Shown here one piece after another: positions 36,512 through 39,650 of a DNA stretch of 39,650 nucleotides (position 1 is the first letter of the stretch; each line of letters begins with the position of its first letter). The translations under genes and the position numbers were made by a program. The stretch is taken from sequence record OR204650.1, one strand, 5' to 3'. The notes beneath the pieces are model-generated. The model saw nothing but the letters and a program-made list of their open reading frames with translations. It was not told where the DNA came from and did not search any database. Source of the stretch: Escherichia phage pO91.

Positions 36512-38246
36512 TGAGCTGACCTCTCGGATGAAGGCGGACTTTGTGTTCTTTCTCTTTGTCCTGTGGAAAGCACTATCACTTCCCCCCCCGACTCGCTGTC
36601 AGATTGACATTGCTCGAAAGGTATCTAATGGGGGCAACCGCCGATTCATCCTTCAGGCTTTTCGAGGCGTGGGTAAGTCGTTCCTCCTATGTGCCTTCGT
36701 GGTCTGGAAGCTATGGAACAACCCAGACTTGAAGTTCATGATTGTGTCGGCCTCAAAGGAACGAGCCGATGCTAACTCCATATTCATCAAGCGAATCATC
36801 GACCTCATGCCTCAGCTTCAGGAACTAAAACCTAAGCAGGGGCAGCGAGATGCGGTTATCAGCTTCGACGTTGGGCCAGCCAAGCCAGACCACTCACCTT
36901 CGGTTAAGTCCGTTGGTATCACTGGTCAATTGACTGGTAGTCGTGCCGACATCCTGATTGCCGATGACGTGGAGGTTCCGAACAACTCAGCGACTCAGGC
37001 TGCACGAGACCGCCTGTCAGAGCTTGTGAAAGAGTTCGACGCTATCCTGAAGCCGGGAGGTACAATCATCTATCTGGGTACTCCTCAGAACGAGATGACC
37101 TTGTATCGTGAGCTGGAAGGCCGTGGGTACACCACTACTATCTGGCCAGCTCGTTATCCACGCGACAGGAAGGACTGGCAGTCTTACGGAGACCGTCTGG
37201 CTCCTATGCTTCAGGCAGAGCTGGAAGAGGACCCTGAGGCATTCTACTGGCGTCCAACCGATGAAATACGATTCGATGATACGGACCTTAAGGAACGTGA
37301 GTTGTCATATGGTAAAGCTGGCTTCGCTCTACAGTTCATGCTTAACCCGAACCTGAGTGATGCTGAGAAGTACCCTCTGAAGCTCCGTGACCTTATCGTA
37401 GCGGACTTGGACCCAGCGTCCAGTCCAATGGTCTACCAATGGTTGCCGAACCCTCAGAACAAGCGTGAGGACGTTCCTAACGTTGGACTCATGGGTGACT
37501 CATACCACACGTATCAGACTGTAGGTTCTGCCTTCAGTTCGTACACCCAGAAGATTCTGGTCATTGACCCTAGTGGTCGTGGTAAGGATGAAACTGGTTA
37601 TGCGGTACTATATCAGCTCAACGGCTACATCTTCGCTATGGAAGTTGGTGGTATGCGTGGTGGCTATGAAGACTCTACGCTGGAAGCCTTGGCTAAGATT
37701 GGTCGTAAGTGGAAGGTCAACGAATACGTCATTGAGGGTAACTTCGGTGATGGTATGTACCTTGAGCTATTCAAGCCTGTAGCGGCCCGTATCCATCCTT
37801 CGGCTGTAACTGAAGTGAAGAGTAAGGGTCAGAAAGAACTCCGCATCTGTGACGTTCTGGAGCCTATCATGGGGTCTCACAGACTTATCGTCAACGCTGC
37901 TGCTATCGTCCAAGACTACCAGACAGCCTCTGACAAGGATGGTGTGCGTAACCCTATCTACTCTCTCTTCTACCAGATGACACGTATCTCTCGTGAACGT
38001 GGAGCCTTGGCACACGATGACAGACTTGATGCTCTAGCTATCGGTGTACAGTTCTTCGTTGAGTCTATGGCTAAGGATGCCAACAAAGGCGAACGTGAAG
38101 TCACTGAGGAGTGGCTGGAGGAACAGATGGAGAACCCACGGAAAGGCTTCGAGTCCATCCACACTGAGTTCTGGGACAATGGTGTCCGGGTAACTCACGA
38201 TATGGACGACGAGCTGGGGCTAGGGTCCTACGTTACGTTTCATTAA
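36483..38246 (+). CDS. Terminase large subunit (T7 gene 19 homolog)
   Basis: 587 aa versus 586 in T7; [108 protein letters not shown]; ATG 36483 after AGGAGG. Confidence 0.97.
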   Translation: MQSTPQDRNNELTSRMKADFVFFLFVLWKALSLPPPTRCQIDIARKVSNGGNRRFILQAFRGVGKSFLLCAFVVWKLWNNPDLKFMIVSASKERADANSIFIKRIIDLMPQLQELKPKQGQRDAVISFDVGPAKPDHSPSVKSVGITGQLTGSRADILIADDVEVPNNSATQAARDRLSELVKEFDAILKPGGTIIYLGTPQNEMTLYRELEGRGYTTTIWPARYPRDRKDWQSYGDRLAPMLQAELEEDPEAFYWRPTDEIRFDDTDLKERELSYGKAGFALQFMLNPNLSDAEKYPLKLRDLIVADLDPASSPMVYQWLPNPQNKREDVPNVGLMGDSYHTYQTVGSAFSSYTQKILVIDPSGRGKDETGYAVLYQLNGYIFAMEVGGMRGGYEDSTLEALAKIGRKWKVNEYVIEGNFGDGMYLELFKPVAARIHPSAVTEVKSKGQKELRICDVLEPIMGSHRLIVNAAAIVQDYQTASDKDGVRNPIYSLFYQMTRISRERGALAHDDRLDALAIGVQFFVESMAKDANKGEREVTEEWLEEQMENPRKGFESIHTEFWDNGVRVTHDMDDELGLGSYVTFH

Positions 38247-38259
38247 ATAAGGAGGTATT

Positions 38260-38802
38260 ATGGCGAAGGTGAAGGACATCGACAGGGTGTCCCTCTTCGA
38301 CCACTATGCGTATGTTGATGGACAACTGGTGTGCAGGAAGCCTTTCGGCAGCTCGAAGAAGACCCCGGGCGAACCTATGGGCTTCTCTGTACACCCTTCC
38401 GGATACGCCATAGTGAAGGTGCTTGGAGGTAGGTATAGACGCTCTCGAATCATATACAGTCTAGCTGTAGGTCGAATACCTAAGGGTATGATGGTCGACC
38501 ACATCAATGGTGATAGGCTGGACGATAGACCTGAGAACTACAGGCTTGTTACTGCGCTTGAGAACCGCTGGAACTCAGAGGGTGGAGAGACTAATGGTCT
38601 CCCTAAGGGTATCAGCTTCTTCAAGCCAACAGGTAAATATCGTGCTCAGCTTCGGGTTCATGGTAAGTGTTTCACTAAGACTTCGGATTCCATAGAGGAA
38701 CTAGAGGCATGGCTGGCTGCTCTACGAACAGAGAAGCACAAGGAATACGCAGTAAACCGACGGTCCCCTACGCGAGATAGGACATACAGAAACCGTAAGT
38801 AG
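38260..38802 (+). CDS. HNH_3-type homing endonuclease with AP2-like domain (paralog B2)
   Basis: MVDHINGDRLDDRPENYRLVTALEN plus GISFFKPTGKYRAQLRVHGK; directly after the large terminase gene; AAGGAGG RBS. Confidence 0.85.
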   Translation: MAKVKDIDRVSLFDHYAYVDGQLVCRKPFGSSKKTPGEPMGFSVHPSGYAIVKVLGGRYRRSRIIYSLAVGRIPKGMMVDHINGDRLDDRPENYRLVTALENRWNSEGGETNGLPKGISFFKPTGKYRAQLRVHGKCFTKTSDSIEELEAWLAALRTEKHKEYAVNRRSPTRDRTYRNRK

Positions 38803-38815
38803 AATCAACAGGTTA

Positions 38816-38838
38816 ACTAAACTATCACTATAGGGATG
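38816..38838 (+). promoter_or_regulatory. Phage RNAP promoter near the right end (phiOR-like)
   Basis: ACTAAACTATCACTATAGGGATG; transcript begins GGGATGGGGGGACCGGGGGGACC. Confidence 0.8.
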
Positions 38839-38924
38839 GGGGGACCGGGGGGACCTTACTATATGCCGACCAAAAGTTAGCATATATACATATATAAGGT
38901 AGACCTTAAGTCTCCCTATTGTTA

Positions 38925-38943
38925 ACACACACACACACACACA
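38925..38943. repeat. (AC)9 dinucleotide microsatellite
   Basis: ACACACACACACACACACA at 38925-38943; adjacent alternating TA/CA tract at 38879-38897. Confidence 0.9.
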
Positions 38944-39084
38944 TATGCAGACTTTATGCAAGACCTTAGGAGGCAGACTCCGAGTTCTTACCTAAGGCTT
39001 GCACCGATGGAAGGAGGGTGATATTAATCATAATCCCTCCAATACAGATAGTCACCGACCATAGATACAGGAGGTATGTAGCAT

Positions 39085-39243
39085 ATGGCAAAGACCAAAG
39101 CTGTACTTAAAGCTCTGGCGACCAATCGAGCTACATACAGGTTTCTTGCTGCTGTTCTACTTGCTGCTGGCGTTACTGCTGGAAGTCAGTGGGTCGGGTG
39201 GGTCGAGACTCTCGTATGCTCTCTGGTCTCTCAGTGTAATTAA
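39085..39243 (+). CDS. Hypothetical small membrane protein (52 aa) near the right end
   Basis: AGGAGG 10 nt before ATG 39085; hydrophobic core FLAAVLLAAGVTAGS; not in the ORF track (under 60 aa). Confidence 0.4.
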   Translation: MAKTKAVLKALATNRATYRFLAAVLLAAGVTAGSQWVGWVETLVCSLVSQCN

Positions 39244-39404
39244 TGCAATCATGGTAACGCTTCATGAGCGGAAGACCTAAGGTCAGTTCATAGCTGACGC
39301 TACTCTACTGACCTTAGCTACTGTAGTCAAGGACTTTAGGTAACACCTTAATAGAAGCTCACTTAGGGTCATCCTACTTATTGGTCTATCCTAGTGTCGC
39401 CTGA

Positions 39405-39441
39405 CCTACGGTCCTTGACCTACAGTAGCTGCCACCTACAG
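39405..39441. repeat. Right-end copies of the CCTACAGT-family short repeat
   Basis: CCTACGGT at 39405, CCTACAGT at 39418 and 39434; same family as the left-end array. Confidence 0.55.
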
Positions 39442-39478
39442 TCTTCGATTAGTTTTGGACCAAAAGTTTGAGACCACA

Positions 39479-39650
39479 TCTCACAGTTCAAGAACCTCAA
39501 GTCTCCCCCATAGGCCCTCTTTCAGTCCAGACCAAGGATGGCCCTACCTCCAGTCTATCACAAGGTTAGACAGACGGTCAAGACTTCAGGTCAACGATAG
39601 GTCATGACGATAGGTGGTGGTGGAGACGATAGGTTGGGACTATGGGTCTG
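39479..39650. repeat. Terminal-repeat-like region (single collapsed copy; probable physical genome end near 39479)
   Basis: TCTCACAGTTCAAGAACCTCAAGTCTCCCCCATAGG resembles the first bases of the recalled T7 genome; window end joined to window start resembles the recalled end of the T7 terminal repeat. Confidence 0.4.

Noticed and set aside
38833-38855. Canonical G-quadruplex at the right-end transcript start
   Set aside because: The G runs are long, but four separate G3 tracts with loops of at least 1 nt cannot be laid out; only a two-tetrad or bulged structure is possible, so I report it as G-rich duplication rather than as a G4.
38722-38961. 79-aa minus-strand ORF translating the (AC)n tract into CVCVCV
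   Set aside because: A low-complexity artefact of the dinucleotide repeat on the non-transcribed strand.

Overview
This window is a near-complete genome of a T7-like podovirus (Autographiviridae-type organisation), about 39.6 kb, with every credible gene on the + strand in canonical T7 order: Ocr-like 0.3, small early ORFs, single-subunit RNA polymerase, 1.1, 1.2, DNA ligase, 1.6/1.7-like, gp2, SSB gp2.5, endonuclease I, amidase/lysozyme, primase-helicase, DNA polymerase, 5.5, 5.7, exonuclease, 6.5 to 7.3, portal, scaffold, capsid (with a T7-type -1 frameshift site), tail tubular A/B, internal virion proteins 13-16, tail fibre, holin, small terminase, Rz/Rz1 and large terminase. The window appears circularly permuted: a terminal-repeat-like region starts near 39479 and runs across the window boundary. 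I find 11 copies of a phage-RNAP promoter with consensus ACTAAACTATCACTATAGGGAGA, one good sigma70 early promoter, TE-like and Tphi-like terminators, three copies of a conserved RNase III-like hairpin, six free-standing HNH/EndoVII-type nuclease genes, and a tRNA-like element upstream of the primase gene. Several modules differ from T7: a C-terminal extension on Ocr, a replaced gp16 N-terminus, an AT-rich tail-fibre C-terminus, and a DUF3850-like ORF between gp11 and gp12. I see no integrase, repressor, CRISPR array or rRNA. I did not find a single clear-cut new system; the best candidates for novelty are the uncharacterised early ORF block, the tRNA-like element and the swapped modules. All homology calls come from recalled T7 sequences and motif knowledge, not from a database search, and coordinates of small ORFs and start codons carry the stated uncertainty.
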